Shown: piece by piece, positions 1 to 12,900 of the stretch
Layout of the letters: every line of letters begins with the position of its first letter
Numbering within the stretch: the first letter of the stretch is position 1
Assembly: GCA_001949185.1 (NCBI GenBank)
Contig: BDGG01000013.1
Location: 558,001-622,000 of the forward strand
Reading direction: 5' to 3'
Source: Ramazzottius varieornatus
Lineage: Eukaryota > Animalia > Tardigrada
DNA length: 64,000 nucleotides
Position numbers and translations under genes: made by a program
The notes under the pieces: model-generated
The model's database searches: none
What the model was told of the DNA's origin: nothing
The model's input: only the letters and a program-made list of their open reading frames with translations

Positions 1-369
1 GGGAAGACTCGGCAGAACCCGATTGACTTGGTGGTAATGCTGGATAAGACCGGGAAGGCATGTGGAGAGGTTTACTGGGATGACGGTGAACAGATGGACG
101 TATTGCAGAAGGGCGACTTCTCACTGGTGCAGTTCGAGATGAAGAATGGCAAGTTGAAATCGACAGTAGTGAATGATAAGTACAAGGATGTGCCGGCGAT
201 GGGCTCGGTCAGGGTGGTGGGACTGGAAAGAACGGTCAAGAAGGTGGTGTGGAATGGTGGGGAGGAAGTAGACTTTGTGTTCAATGACCATACTGTCATG
301 GTCAAGGTGGGAGAAATGCTGGGAAAGGAGAGTACGGTGGCCATGGAATTCGAAATGGAGTTTTTCTAG
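1..369 (+). CDS. 3' end of a glycoside hydrolase family 31 alpha-glucosidase (lysosomal alpha-glucosidase/maltase-glucoamylase-like); 5' part outside window
   Basis: Reads SRQNPIDLVVMLDKTGKACGEVYWDDGE..., matching the GH31 C-terminal motif SRxNPxxLxVALDxxxxAxGELxWDDGE; stop TAG at 367-369. Confidence 0.85.
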   Translation, partial: GKTRQNPIDLVVMLDKTGKACGEVYWDDGEQMDVLQKGDFSLVQFEMKNGKLKSTVVNDKYKDVPAMGSVRVVGLERTVKKVVWNGGEEVDFVFNDHTVMVKVGEMLGKESTVAMEFEMEFF

Positions 370-519
370 TTTGAATGAAATCTTTCATCCCCAGCAAACT
401 GTGTGTACTTTGATTTACTTTGTGCTGACATGACTTGTTTTAGTCAGTCCACTTTTAAGAGGTGTCACTTGGACCGCTGAACTCACTTTTCTACGTACAA
501 GCACAGTCCGTTCTACGTA

Positions 520-716
520 CACGCACGATAACAAATAATGGGCCAGTAAAAATTATGGACCAGGCTCTTTCGCTACAGCGGTACGGAAGCACGTACGTAG
601 GCGACCGATTTAAAGTGATACACTTTCCGACACTTTTCTACGGTTGAATTTCCATTTTGCCGTCCTTCGCGTCTGTCCCATAATTGTTACTGGCTCATAA
701 TTTCTCGTCATGCGTG
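520..716. mobile_element. MITE family A copy 1 (CACGCACG...TGCGTG termini, TA flanks)
   Basis: Terminal inverted repeats; homologous copies at 5595-5765, 14702-15524 and 29392-29545. Confidence 0.8.
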
Positions 717-924
717 TACTGTATAAGGTAAGAGCTGGGCAAACAAAGCATAGAAGAAATTTGTTTTCCATCGGCGCGTTTCCTGGCTCGAGAAGCGCAA
801 ACGAAGAGCAACCACATCAGACTGGGTAGCTGAGTGATCCTACGGCACCGAAAGAGACGAGCAGAGAGGTTGGAAACTTCTCCAACAGGCGATGGGATGA
901 ATGTTGGAAAATCAAGACCTTGTA

Positions 925-3900
925 TCAATGCTCAATGTCTTTGACAAAAACTGGTCGGCGCATGATCGTATTGCGTTGTAGATTGTGAACTTCGAAGACC
1001 TGCTTCAGTGTTTCTTTTGTGCCACTTAGCCAATAAGACGTATGACTTTTGTCACGGAAATTGATGCGTCCTCGCGGCTCTGTGACATATTCTGTCCTAT
1101 CCAGCAGATCTTTTGTGCTTTGCCCTATTGCGATGCCTCCATCTGCAAAGCAACGAAGTAATAAGCAGGAACACCACCACGTACCACTCACACCGTAGAG
1201 CCAGATAGCTGTGTACCTTCTCCCATGGAGCTCAACAGTCTTAGACTGAAAGGGACCAAATCACCGTAGACGAAAAACCGCGGTATGGCTGTATTCATCA
1301 CACCCCCTACTAGCGAGCCCGATCCAAGGGCTATCCTCCCCCGAACCCGGAAATCTGGCTTGTTGGACAGCACGAACTCCACCAAGGTTTGTTGTAGGTC
1401 CAGTGCGTACTTGGCGGCCTGACAAGCATGGTTTTCGTCTGACGGCGGTACTCCGGCCATTGCCTGCGGAAACATACCCGGTTTTCGTCGGTACAGTACG
1501 ATGGCTACCTGCAGACGACAACCCACGATTGTTGTCTCTTGAAACTGGGCCATTCTGGTCAGCGGAGACATGGCCACAGTATGGAGGACTGCGGCGAATA
1601 GGCCGTCCAGGCTTTGGATGACTTCGGTGGCGTTACTGAGGGTTTTCAGAACGCTGGGCGTCATTATGTCACTGGCGACTAGTGTCACTGATCTGTAAAG
1701 TTGCGGTTGGTAGTGCTCCGTTGAGGCGTTTCCTATCAGTCTCCTGAAAAAAAGAAATTCGTCGGTGTCGCTTTGCGCTTGTTACCGTATGGCCGCATCC
1801 GCACTGGACTCGGGCTTTCACTTCCGTATCTGCCCTACTGAAAATCGACTTTCTGCAGATTGCCAGTCTGATCCGGGCCTGAATACGGAAATACATTATG
1901 GAGCCTCGACTGTACCATGCAGATGCCAGCTCGTCAGTAGAAGCTACTGCACACATGATTAACGGCTGTTGAGTGATCAGTCCTGGAACAGGCCTCAAAT
2001 ATGCCATTTTGTTTCTGATCTTTTTCCAGCCTCTCAATCAATCGGGCTGCACTACAGTCCACTCGTTCGAAAGGGGGACAAAAGTTTCGGTTTTGATTTG
2101 AAGCCCGTTACTGTAACCCTTCTAACATCTTTAGTACGTCACTGGTCTTTTGCTTAAGAGAAGCATTACGAAGGCAACCGCTTGGTCAGATTACAGTTAC
2201 GTCAGAGCAACCTCAGCAACAGATAAAAAACGTTGGAAACATGGAAGTATCAGCCGAGTAGAGAGAAATGACGGGAAGTAAAAAAGTGTTCAGCTTACAT
2301 CATCGTCGAAGCCAACCACATTTTCTGCAAATTGAGAAATCTGTATCAGCTCAGTTTCCGACGGTTCTTCAACTGGCACAAGGAAACAAGGATCAGAAAC
2401 AAGGATCAGTGGTGAACCGGGATTCTCAAAACGCATTCGGAATTTGGAAACTGGAAATTAGCTTATTTCAGCAGTCTATTGTCAGATCTGACGTAACTGT
2501 GAGATCACTGTGGTAGGCGTGCTTGAAGCACTGCAAACTCTCTTTTTTCGCGACATGTAGATTTAACTTGAGTGACGTACTAAAGATGTTAGAAGGGTTA
2601 CAGTAATCGTTCACCGCACAGCGTGCTAGGCTACCGGTCAAAATCACATAGCACATACATTACCCATTGCTTTAACTGACGTAATCAAGTAATCAAGTCG
2701 GAGGTATTCGGCTGCAGTGGGCATGGCCAGCAGTATTGTTAACTTTGAATGGATCTTCTGTTTTGAAATCGGAAAATTCACTCCATATTTGGAGCGAGTG
2801 GACTGGAATTGCATCTCCATTTTCTGATGATGGATAAAAATTTGGTTCTGCATCATTCCCAAAACTACAGGAGTAGTTAAAGGCTCACTGCAACCACAAA
2901 CCAGCCGTGCGTCCTAGGAAATTGAGAGCTCACCAAATCTTAACGTTTCTCTCTAAAACCAGTAAACCCGTCTGTTGATGATCTATTGATAGTATCAGCA
3001 GTTTACGAAAAGACAGCTTCGGGAAGAACGACAATTTTTCCGACAGAAGAGCGTTTTTGTGAAAAAAATCCCGCGTCATTGCCGACAACGAGTATTTTGA
3101 TACAGCTGGGACCTTCATCGAGGCAATGAAGCACTAAGTTAACAGGCAGGGAGACTAGGACGCGAGCGAGATAAGAGACAGAGAGGCAATGCCCTAATTT
3201 TTGTGTCAAAAAATGGACAATCCGAACGAAAGTTCCAACTGTATCGTTAAATTTCGAACTTATTATTCTTTCATTCAACGATAAAAGTGTTGCTTCAGTC
3301 ATCGCAGCTATGGCAGCTTGCCATTGTTTTACCTATCGCAGCTTTCCATTGTTGGGACTGTTTACCAGTACTGTGACTAAAACTCAAATGCTCCTCATAT
3401 CCTGGATTTCATGGTCAAGCGGAAAAGTGTGTCACACTTAGGTGTCGCCACCCGGTAAGACGCAGTGCCGCAAAGATTTTCGCAGGTCTGTAGTTTAGAC
3501 AAACAAACCGTGGAACGAAAAGCATCAATGTCTTGAGATATTTGTCATGTTCGCGTTGAATCTTCCTTTGAATATCGGATATCTCGTCGGACAACGCAAC
3601 CGTCAAGGTTTCCACTTGTCCCAACAGCGCATCCACTATACTACCTGTTGCTCTGAAACCCCTGCAACAGTATACACGGCTCTATCAGAAATCTGGTATT
3701 GGAGAGAGTCGGAGGTGCACTGTACATAATCTGGCTTGTATGCGTTAGATGTTCCTTGATGTGATTCCAGTCCATTCGATCAGCTTGCTCTTCCGCCCAA
3801 CAGCGCACCGCTAAGTCGACCATGCCATGGTCGCAGTCCAGTTGGTCATCGAACTGAGGTCGCATCAGCGTGCCTTCGGCATTATGACCTCGGTGAACGC

Positions 3901-6900
3901 AGCGAATGATCTCTGACGACATCAACCGTCAAGAAATTAGAACAATACAATTAAGCGGGTGAAACTGTCCATCATCGACTTGCCTGATGGCGTCAGACCG
4001 CCGTTGGCTAGCTGAACACAGTAAGGCGCCCCCCAAGAGATGACTTCTTGCAGGATTATGCCAAAACTGTAAATGTCGATGGACTTGTTGTAGACATGAA
4101 CGCTCTTGCCGGTGCTACCGTCTTGATCCCGAAGAACTTCTGGGGCTGTCCAAATCATCGTAGCGTTGTATTCCGGTCTCCTCTTGGCAAACCACAGCTC
4201 CACTTGGTTAAAGTTGAAAAAGCTGGGCATACCGTAGTCGGCTACTTTCAGCACAAACTGAGCGTCCAAATACAAACATTGAGAGGTTAGCCGGGAATGC
4301 GAAGTTAGTCCTCTTGAGTATAGGTATCTTAGTCCGCCGACGATGGCATTCAGGAAAGAGAATCGCACAATCCAGTCCAATTTACTCTTCGCTCCGATCA
4401 AATCCTACCCAGTAACATGGTGTGACAGAAACAAAGGAAAGGGACACGCCAACCGAAGGTATGCTGGAAGCAGGCATGATCGTGTTATATTCGCTATGAA
4501 GAGGGACCATCACCAGAGTGAAACAATCAACTAACTAGTGTAGTGCTAAAACGGCTTATTTTAGCTTCGCCGAGCCTTCTATAGTGACAGCCATTGTATG
4601 AGACCGTTGCCCGCAGTCAATGAAGGATCCTCTTGACTGAAGGATGGATTTGACCACGTGCTTTGAGAGTGCAGTCTGCTACAATGCGGTCACGTGGTCA
4701 AAGTCGGCCCTGATCAATCAAGGGCTAACCCACGATCAACAAGTGAAAGTCCGCCCTGACTTTCACTTGTTAGTAATCAATAATTAGCGTGTCTGCCTAC
4801 GCTTGATTGAGAGGACAGATTTCTCCCGTGTAGCAACGTGCCTTTCCTGCAGTGAATACACTAGTTAGTTGATTGTTTCACTCTGCCATTACATACGTGA
4901 CAACGGTGACCTGGCAAAAGCTGGGTCGGTTCCAGCGCATAGCCCTTCCGCATTGCAAACAATCGGTCCTGACTTTGCTAGTGGACATAACGTTGCTCAC
5001 ATGCGTCACGAGCTATTCGCCGGACCTCAGGGCATAGGACGTTTGCATGACTTAAGTGAGAAATGTCAAAGCCACGAGCAAATTAAGGCACGTTGATCGT
5101 ATAAAAAATAGCTGGTCTGACTATCATCGACAGGGTAATGCAAGAATACATCCCTACCGGTGGTTACGTGATGTGAGTACAGTAACCGTTGACTTATAAT
5201 CCAACACCCTGGGACCTCAGGCAGGGATGCATCTTGGGTACAGTTCTACCTCCCAGATGTATCAATTCAAACGCTTGATTTTGTTTTGCGATGACCCATC
5301 TGTTTACTACACGGTGGACCAAAACAAACGAAATATGGCAAGCCATCCAGCACGGTTACCACTAATCAAGTAATCACTTGCATTTATTCAGTTCTTTTAG
5401 TGGGCTGCCATGTGTTTGGTCACCCACACTGTGATTCGCATATCACGGTCAAATTAAAGCAATTGACACATCTCGGAGGTAAAACTGTACTGCATAAGGG
5501 CGGTCAGACTGCCAACTGTCGTCAATCCAGTAGCCTTGCACTACCGAAAGGAGCCTCATGAGCCAAGCATTGTGCACTATTGGCACTTCCTGTAGACGCA
5601 CGGAGAAAATTATGGGACAGGCGTTTTCGCCACGGCGGTACGGAAGCACGTAAGCACACTACCGATTTACACTAATTTGCTTTTCAACACTTTTCCACGG
5701 TTGAATTACCGTCCTTTCCGCATGTCCCGTAATTTTTACTGTCCCATAATTACCCATCGTGCGTGTACTCTGGCAGTCGTGCAGTTTTTGAGTTCATGCA
5801 CCCACGCACATTTTGCTGTGTAGCCTGTGTCCCGCACGTACTAGCATTTTTCAACAACAGGACTTGACCTAGTGCACGGATGCATTTTCGCACACTGATG
5901 TGAGTTTGTTTCCGTCTCACGCTTGAAACATACTTTCGGCTGGCATGCAGGACTAGTCAGTTGTCGAGACTGTGTTACAGCGATTGGACGTACATACAGA
6001 GTGCCTCGAGAAGCCGCCTCGTAAAGTATGCAGAAGCGATCGGATGTTATTGATGCTTTAAGGAACTTCAGAACGTGCTCGTTGGAAAGACTCCGAGCGA
6101 AGTTGACCTCTTTAAGGACACCCCGGTGTCGGACGATACTCTTCTTGTTACAGTGTCGCACAGTCACTAGTCGCCTACGCCATACCCCTGTTTTTGTTGT
6201 GAGGATCATAGCTTTGTGTGCGGATCCATCGTAGCTTCCGGTAGGGCCTCCTGTCCCTCCTCCTTTTCCAAGAAGAGTTTTCTACAGAGAGCTGTTTTTT
6301 GGTACTTTAACTTGACTTGGGTTTTGAGCGAGCCCACCTTTTGTACAACAATTTCGGTTTCTGAATCTTGGCCATCGGTGACTTCTCCATTCGGCCATCG
6401 CACACGAAGTTCTCTAGGATCCAAGATCCATGTCCACTGATCGCGGTAGTATAGAACGAGGCGTCGGATGTAGAATGACGCTACACCAAACAGCACCAAA
6501 GCCAGGCAAATTCCTCCACCCATAAGAAGTTTTGGATAGGTTGTGTTTACTGCAAATTCTCAGATATCGCAATGTTCCATCGACAAAACGGGTACGGCAA
6601 CGCCTATGCTTACAGAGAATTTTATAAAACGTACCTGAAACGACTTGGCAGTATTCGTTCGTGTAGCCGCACATAGGTTTGTTGAGCGGGGCAGTGTTGT
6701 TGGCGTTAGCCCAGTCGACGTTGCCTGTCTGATTCAGCGAAACCCCACTGGGTGTGGATACTGGAACGAGCGCGTTCGAATCCTGCTCTATAATATTCCG
6801 ATACTCGAAAACTGTGTGGAACGTTCCGTTTTCTGTGTCCGTCATATCGTATATGTCGAATTCCTCTTGCATACCAGCGGCGGTATCCCACGCAATATTA

Positions 6901-9900
6901 TCCGAGGAAGCGAAGCCTTTCTGAATCCACTGAGGAAAATCTGCAAGTATTATTAGACTTCGCATACCATCGTTAAATATTCGACCGGATGAGCAACGGT
7001 ATAAAAATGCTTGTCTATTAAGGACATTTCCAGGAATCTCGAGTACCGGTAGAACGTTTATTTTTCCGGCATCGACTCTCATCGTTTATTCTCCGTTTAT
7101 CTCTCCGGCATGGACTCTCATCTTGACACTCCTAGCCAGCCCTGCCGCTGCGCAATAGCCAATGTGGCAAAAAACTGGTGCCCATATGTGGTGCCCGTCA
7201 TGTGACAATCGGCTCGGATTCGGGTCAGTTAATTTAGACGAATCTGGCTCCGCCTACGGGACGGCTCAATGGGTGCAGCGTACGCACACGACCTGCATAT
7301 CGTTTTCTGCCGTTACGTCAGGCTCAACATTGCCGTTTCCCAGCTGTTTGTCACATTAGAATTTTGCAGCGGCAGGACTGCTCCTAGCGAACCAGGAGTG
7401 TGAAGTATAGCGCTACAGAGCGTGATTTGGCCCGAACTGTTTTTGTTTGACCTATGGCATTTTAGTGCATCGTTGGCCTGAGGTATACCCTAGTGCATGC
7501 AACGTTTTGCGATGACTTAAAACACTGCGGTGCGGCGGAGTGCTTGGGGTGGAGTGATCTTTCAAACAGCTAATTTTCAAGTCGGCGCAGAGCGTTATGT
7601 GTTCGTCATACGCCGAGTCTCTGTGCCAGTTATTTGATCCACGAATTGATGGTTCTTACCGGTTTCAAGTTAATGGTCAGATTCGCGAATAAAAGGACTT
7701 GTACACTGAGCACGTGCCAAGAGGCGTGTCTTTCCAGCTCGCTTTCAAATTTGGATCACCCGGACGGTAGGAAACACAGAAAAGCATACGTCTTACTCCT
7801 CGATCCACTAATCTCTCACGTTACTGTTTCTCCAGTCTTACTTATCATACAAAGATAAATGCTCTGCATGCTAAAAGTGCCATAATACTAGCCAGGAAAC
7901 TCTTTTCCTTTGCAAAGAAAACTATAGTTTTCGGTTTGACCGCGACACATACTGTGGCAAATCACTCGCCGAGACTGAGCGGAGAGATAGTCAAAAACGC
8001 ACTCACCTGCTAACCTCCGACACCACGCATCGGTATTGTACGGATCAGATGGTGGATTGCTCTGCAGAATTGGAATTGGAATGGGATTCCGTACAGTCGC
8101 CGTCGGATCTCCGTCAAGGAAATCGTACAGTTTTGTACTCGCGGAAGGAAGTAAAATAGCATCGTGGTGCGTCATCATGTAGTACAACTGGTCGTCTGGC
8201 GGCTTGTTGTCCTTTGAGAAATCCATCCGCCGTAAGAAGTCCTGATGAGATGCTGTATTTGACCGATCTACCAACCCAAGCACCAACAACGACCGAAAGG
8301 CAGCTTTTGCTTTATCGTCATCCGCGTTACCTTTTAAATTTCGAAACACACAGTCTCAGGGAGTTTCGAGATGTCAAACACGATGGGAAGAAGTGGTGAG
8401 CACGACATAGGCAATTTTTCTATCATCCGATCTCACCTGTGTACCATCCGTTTTTGATAAGCGTAGTGCGGAAAATATCCAATGCAAAATATACATGCTC
8501 CCCGTTGACCAGATGGTTATCACAAGCAGCAACCATGTACTTGCGGACCATCGTTGCGTTCATCAGCAGCACATGAACTGTTTTAAAACCAGCATGTTAT
8601 CAGGATGAGCACCAACTAGGGGACAAAAAGTAACAACACAGAATACTTCTACTTTCCACGATATGGTCACGTGGACTGTCCTACTACTCGCTTATATGTA
8701 GACCGTAACCCTTAGTACTTTATCAAAACTTAGTAAATGACGTTGTCATAGCCGTCAGCAGACCAAGGTTTACCAAACCAACAGCTGGCTCAGATTTCTG
8801 CAGCCATAGTTGAATTTGAACATTTCAACATCTGAGTGGCAAAACGTTCAGAGCGGCGGCGTGCTCGCAAGTGTGCTTTAGAGTTTGGGCGATGCATGCG
8901 CCGACAGTTTTACCAGTCTTCATGCGCTGATAATTACGCCGTTTTGCGCGAGTTGTCGAAAGTTCCGTTCTGTGACCGTGGACAAGTTCGCCCTTATGTA
9001 TGCGACAAACGACTTTGCTTCTGCTTGTGACTCTGCTTTAACGTGCGACGTACGGGACATAACTGGGACATAGTGGTTTTCGCGCCCATAATTCGAGCGT
9101 ACTTACCGCCCGACTTAAATCGGTGTGCCGTTCTCTACAACACCGTTTTCAAATTCCAAATTTAAACGACGATTCGGGTGATACGAGGAAAAAACGTAGA
9201 CCATGGAGTGCCCACCACATAATTACATAGGGGCAAATAAGTTTCAAAGCACAGGCCACCTGAAAGCGTTGTTTTCCAAAGGTACTTGGTACTGGACAGC
9301 CTTGACACCGGCCAGGCTTGACTTCCTTCTGCCCAAACCAGTCACTAGACACCACTCTTTCATCCAGAGCTGAGGTCAAACTCAAACGTGCAATGGGGCA
9401 GAAACTACATAATTTCTTAACGCGGAGGCTACAAAAACTTCCGGTCATATACCTTACAAAATCTCTTCAACGAATGACTTCCCAGCCTCGGCTCCAAGTT
9501 TGGAATATTGCCGCTAAGTTGCTTTCACCTTATGCAAAAAGTCGCCGAGATCGAACGACCAAAGAATTTCTGGTGAACGCAGCTTTAAAACGTATTGAAC
9601 CCCCTATGCATGATCGTGAGTTTGCCTGCCTTTTCTGCCCGGGAATATCTGTTGCGCCGCGTACAGAAACCGACCATCGCGCAGGTGGCCGTCTGACTAA
9701 ACCTAAGCGACCAGCAAGATGTCCGCTCTGAATCCTGCTGCAGGTCAGACGAATCAAAAAGCTACGACATAGTTCGCATTCAACCGGCCCAGTTTCTATT
9801 TCGCGAGTGGCTAGTGCTAACAATGCATTCATCTTTTGGTACAGGAGGAGTAAGCATGTGTGACCCAGTGAGGAAATGTGTGACCCAGTAGTCTCAGACG

Positions 9901-12900
9901 GCGTGACATGTATCAAGTATGCATTACGTTAACAGAAACACTTTTTATGTAAGATAGACAACACTGTAATTCAAACACGAGGTTCTACCGTCACCGTGTC
10001 CTTTCCTGAGGAAAAATATCAAGAATTTTTGAGTAGAAGAACCATGGTAACTCAAGCAAAACAACATCCAACTTGCACTTATCCACTCATCCTAATGACA
10101 ACTTTCTACGATTTTTTAGCTGCTTGTCTGCTGCTTTTGCGAACGGTGGTCGATACTGGTTCTGTTTGTGGTGCTGCGCCGACTGTCTTCTTTGGTCTAC
10201 CAGCAGCTTTCTTCGGTCCACTTCCCGCCTTCTTCGCTGGTTTACCCGCTACCGGTTTCTTTGGCCTGCCAACACTCTTTTTCTTCGAGATGACAGCAGG
10301 AGCTTCCTGCAGAACAAGAGCAGCATGTTTGGCTGCCTTAGCTGCAGTTCGGTCGTCGATTCCAGACCTGTAGTCGGCACCCAGCAAATTCACTCCCCTG
10401 TCTCTCGCCAAGCGTTTGTCAGTCAGCTGTCTTTGTTTCTTTGGTTTCATCTGAGCAAATGTTTTACCAGCAGCAGAAGCAATCCTTTCGGCGACGGTAC
10501 GATGTCCAGTTCCTACGTTCACGATCGAATCTAGACAGGAGTCGACTTTCTCGCTGTCGAAGTTTAGGCCTTTACGCAGAATCACATCTATGGTCTGGAG
10601 AGATTGATGGTGCTTGTCCAGCAAAGGGTTCTGCTGTTGGTCATTTCGAGTCGGGGTCTTGTCAACGGTCTGTCGAATGGCTTCTGGATCGAAGGGGAAG
10701 ATACCTGTCTTGCGAAAACCCGCTTTTACGGACTCAAAGTCGAACGAGAACTTGTGCGCTAAGGGAGTGCAGAGCAGGGCCATATGACCGGAGAACGTTC
10801 TACGGGAAATCTGAAAAGAAAAACTGTACGTCAGATTTGATCACTGGGAGAACTGAAATAACAGCAACCATCGTGGAGTACAGTACTTTACTTCAAAATC
10901 TGGGTCAACCCTCCGAAAGTTCTTGTAATGCGTCCAGTCAGATTTCACACCACTAAAGACACAGCAGTCCAGGGGTTGTAGATGATGCGTCTGACGGAAG
11001 ACAAACTAACTGAATGTCTTTTTCGGACTTTTCGCAGAGCGTGAAGAGTTGCACGTTCAAGACATGACTGTGGTGGCCGTCCATGAACACAATGTTCTAC
11101 AAAATTAAAGAATCACAAGATACCGATCTGAGTGACATGGAGTAAATCAGGTCAGAGTTTGTTACCTTTTGAGCTGTCATATTGGCAATCACTTCTTTAC
11201 GAAAGTAATCGGTGAGGACATCTGCATCCATAGTGCCACTATCGTTCACCGCAACATATAGCTTGTCATCCGTACCACGGTGCATACTTTCCAACTGGAC
11301 TTTCCCATCATACAGTACAAGCGGTCTTAGCATTCTACCCGTAGCATCGCCGCAAAACAAGACTGTAACCTGAACCCTTGTGGTCCCTTCTGTGTGCGCT
11401 ATCGCCTGTTTAACCCCAGCTTCAGTGTACACTCTGTCTCGTTTGTAACCCAGTATAAATCCCGACTCATCCAAGTTGAAAATTCCTTCAGGCTCCGTCA
11501 GGTATCCGGCTGCATGGTGTTCAGAAAGGAGTGCGACGTATGATTGAGCCTTCTCTTTGTCCCATTCACGTGCCTTCTTTCGGTCCACGTTGGAAGTAAG
11601 TCGCCGCGAAATTTCCTGTGCCACCAATTGGTGAAGGACGGTTTCATACCTGGAGTACAGAGATTGTCGTACATCAAGATTTCAGATCAGATTCATCAAA
11701 TTGTTTGTAAATGATTTTCAGATCCAAACCTTTTTCTAGGGCGAAATATTGGAGATAATCACGAAAGTTATCTTTGGTGAGCGGTAGCCCCGTCTTTGCA
11801 AACTGGGTTAGCACCTGCGCCAGTCCTTTCATCTCTTCTGGACTATGCTTTGTACCACGGCCCATTTTCGAACGATGAGGTTTGATGAGATAACGGTAAA
11901 GTGTCTTTCTTGGAATTTCGTATATCTCCGCCGCTGCGCTCCTTAACATTCCATTCTTAGCAGAAGCTATCGCTAGCTCGAGCGACCTGTCATCATAGTC
12001 ACGTACTTTCTTGTTCTTTAGCACCAAAGACATTCTAATAAGGCCCGATAGCAAACTGACTGCACCGCAAAAGATTCGAGATTGAAGTTACGTGAAGAAG
12101 TGGAGGCTATCAATTGTTTACAGCATCAGCTGATAAAAACTTGAATGTTACGAGAAAGTTTTCGTTACGTCATAGGCTTTATTTTAATTACGAGTGTCTC
12201 ATGCTTTTCTATGGATGCGCCGTCTGAGACTACTGGGTCACACATTTCCTCACTGGGTCACACATGCTTACTCCTCCTGTACACTCCATACTGAGTGCGT
12301 TTGAAGAAACCACTCTTTACACTACCCCAGGGAGGAACTAAGATAGGCTTAAGCATGCGTCAATGCATGAGCTGGGTAAAACTCATCCAATAGAGAATCT
12401 GCCAAAACAGCGATGCATTACACCACCAGCCACTCGCGAAAACAACTGGACAGTCGGATGCGAACTGTCCAGTTGTCGGTAGTTAGAGCTAAAATAACTT
12501 TGGCCTATGTGCTGGTACTTGATGGCCATCTTCCTTCGGCTAACAGAACCCCGGAGAAACAGAAGCGTTCGACTGGTGGTATTTGGATTATCAAAAATGG
12601 ACAAAGGGGTGGCCTGCTTACCTCGTCCTCTGGCTGCGGCCATCTTCAGATTGTCAGCAATCGAAAACATTCCATTCTCGGTTATAAAATACACCTGTAA
12701 CCGGTTTGAGCTATTATGTATACTCGATGGAAGAAGAGCTATAAGTGCGGCTTTCCGGATGTCGTTCGTTGTGCCCCATTCCCGGTTCTTGTTCAACGAC
12801 AGTAAACCTAAAACCAGAGGGGTTGAGTTGGACTGACGAACTAACAGTATCGACCGGCATATCTTCCGCCAACGAATCTTCTATCCGTCGTCTCAACTGT

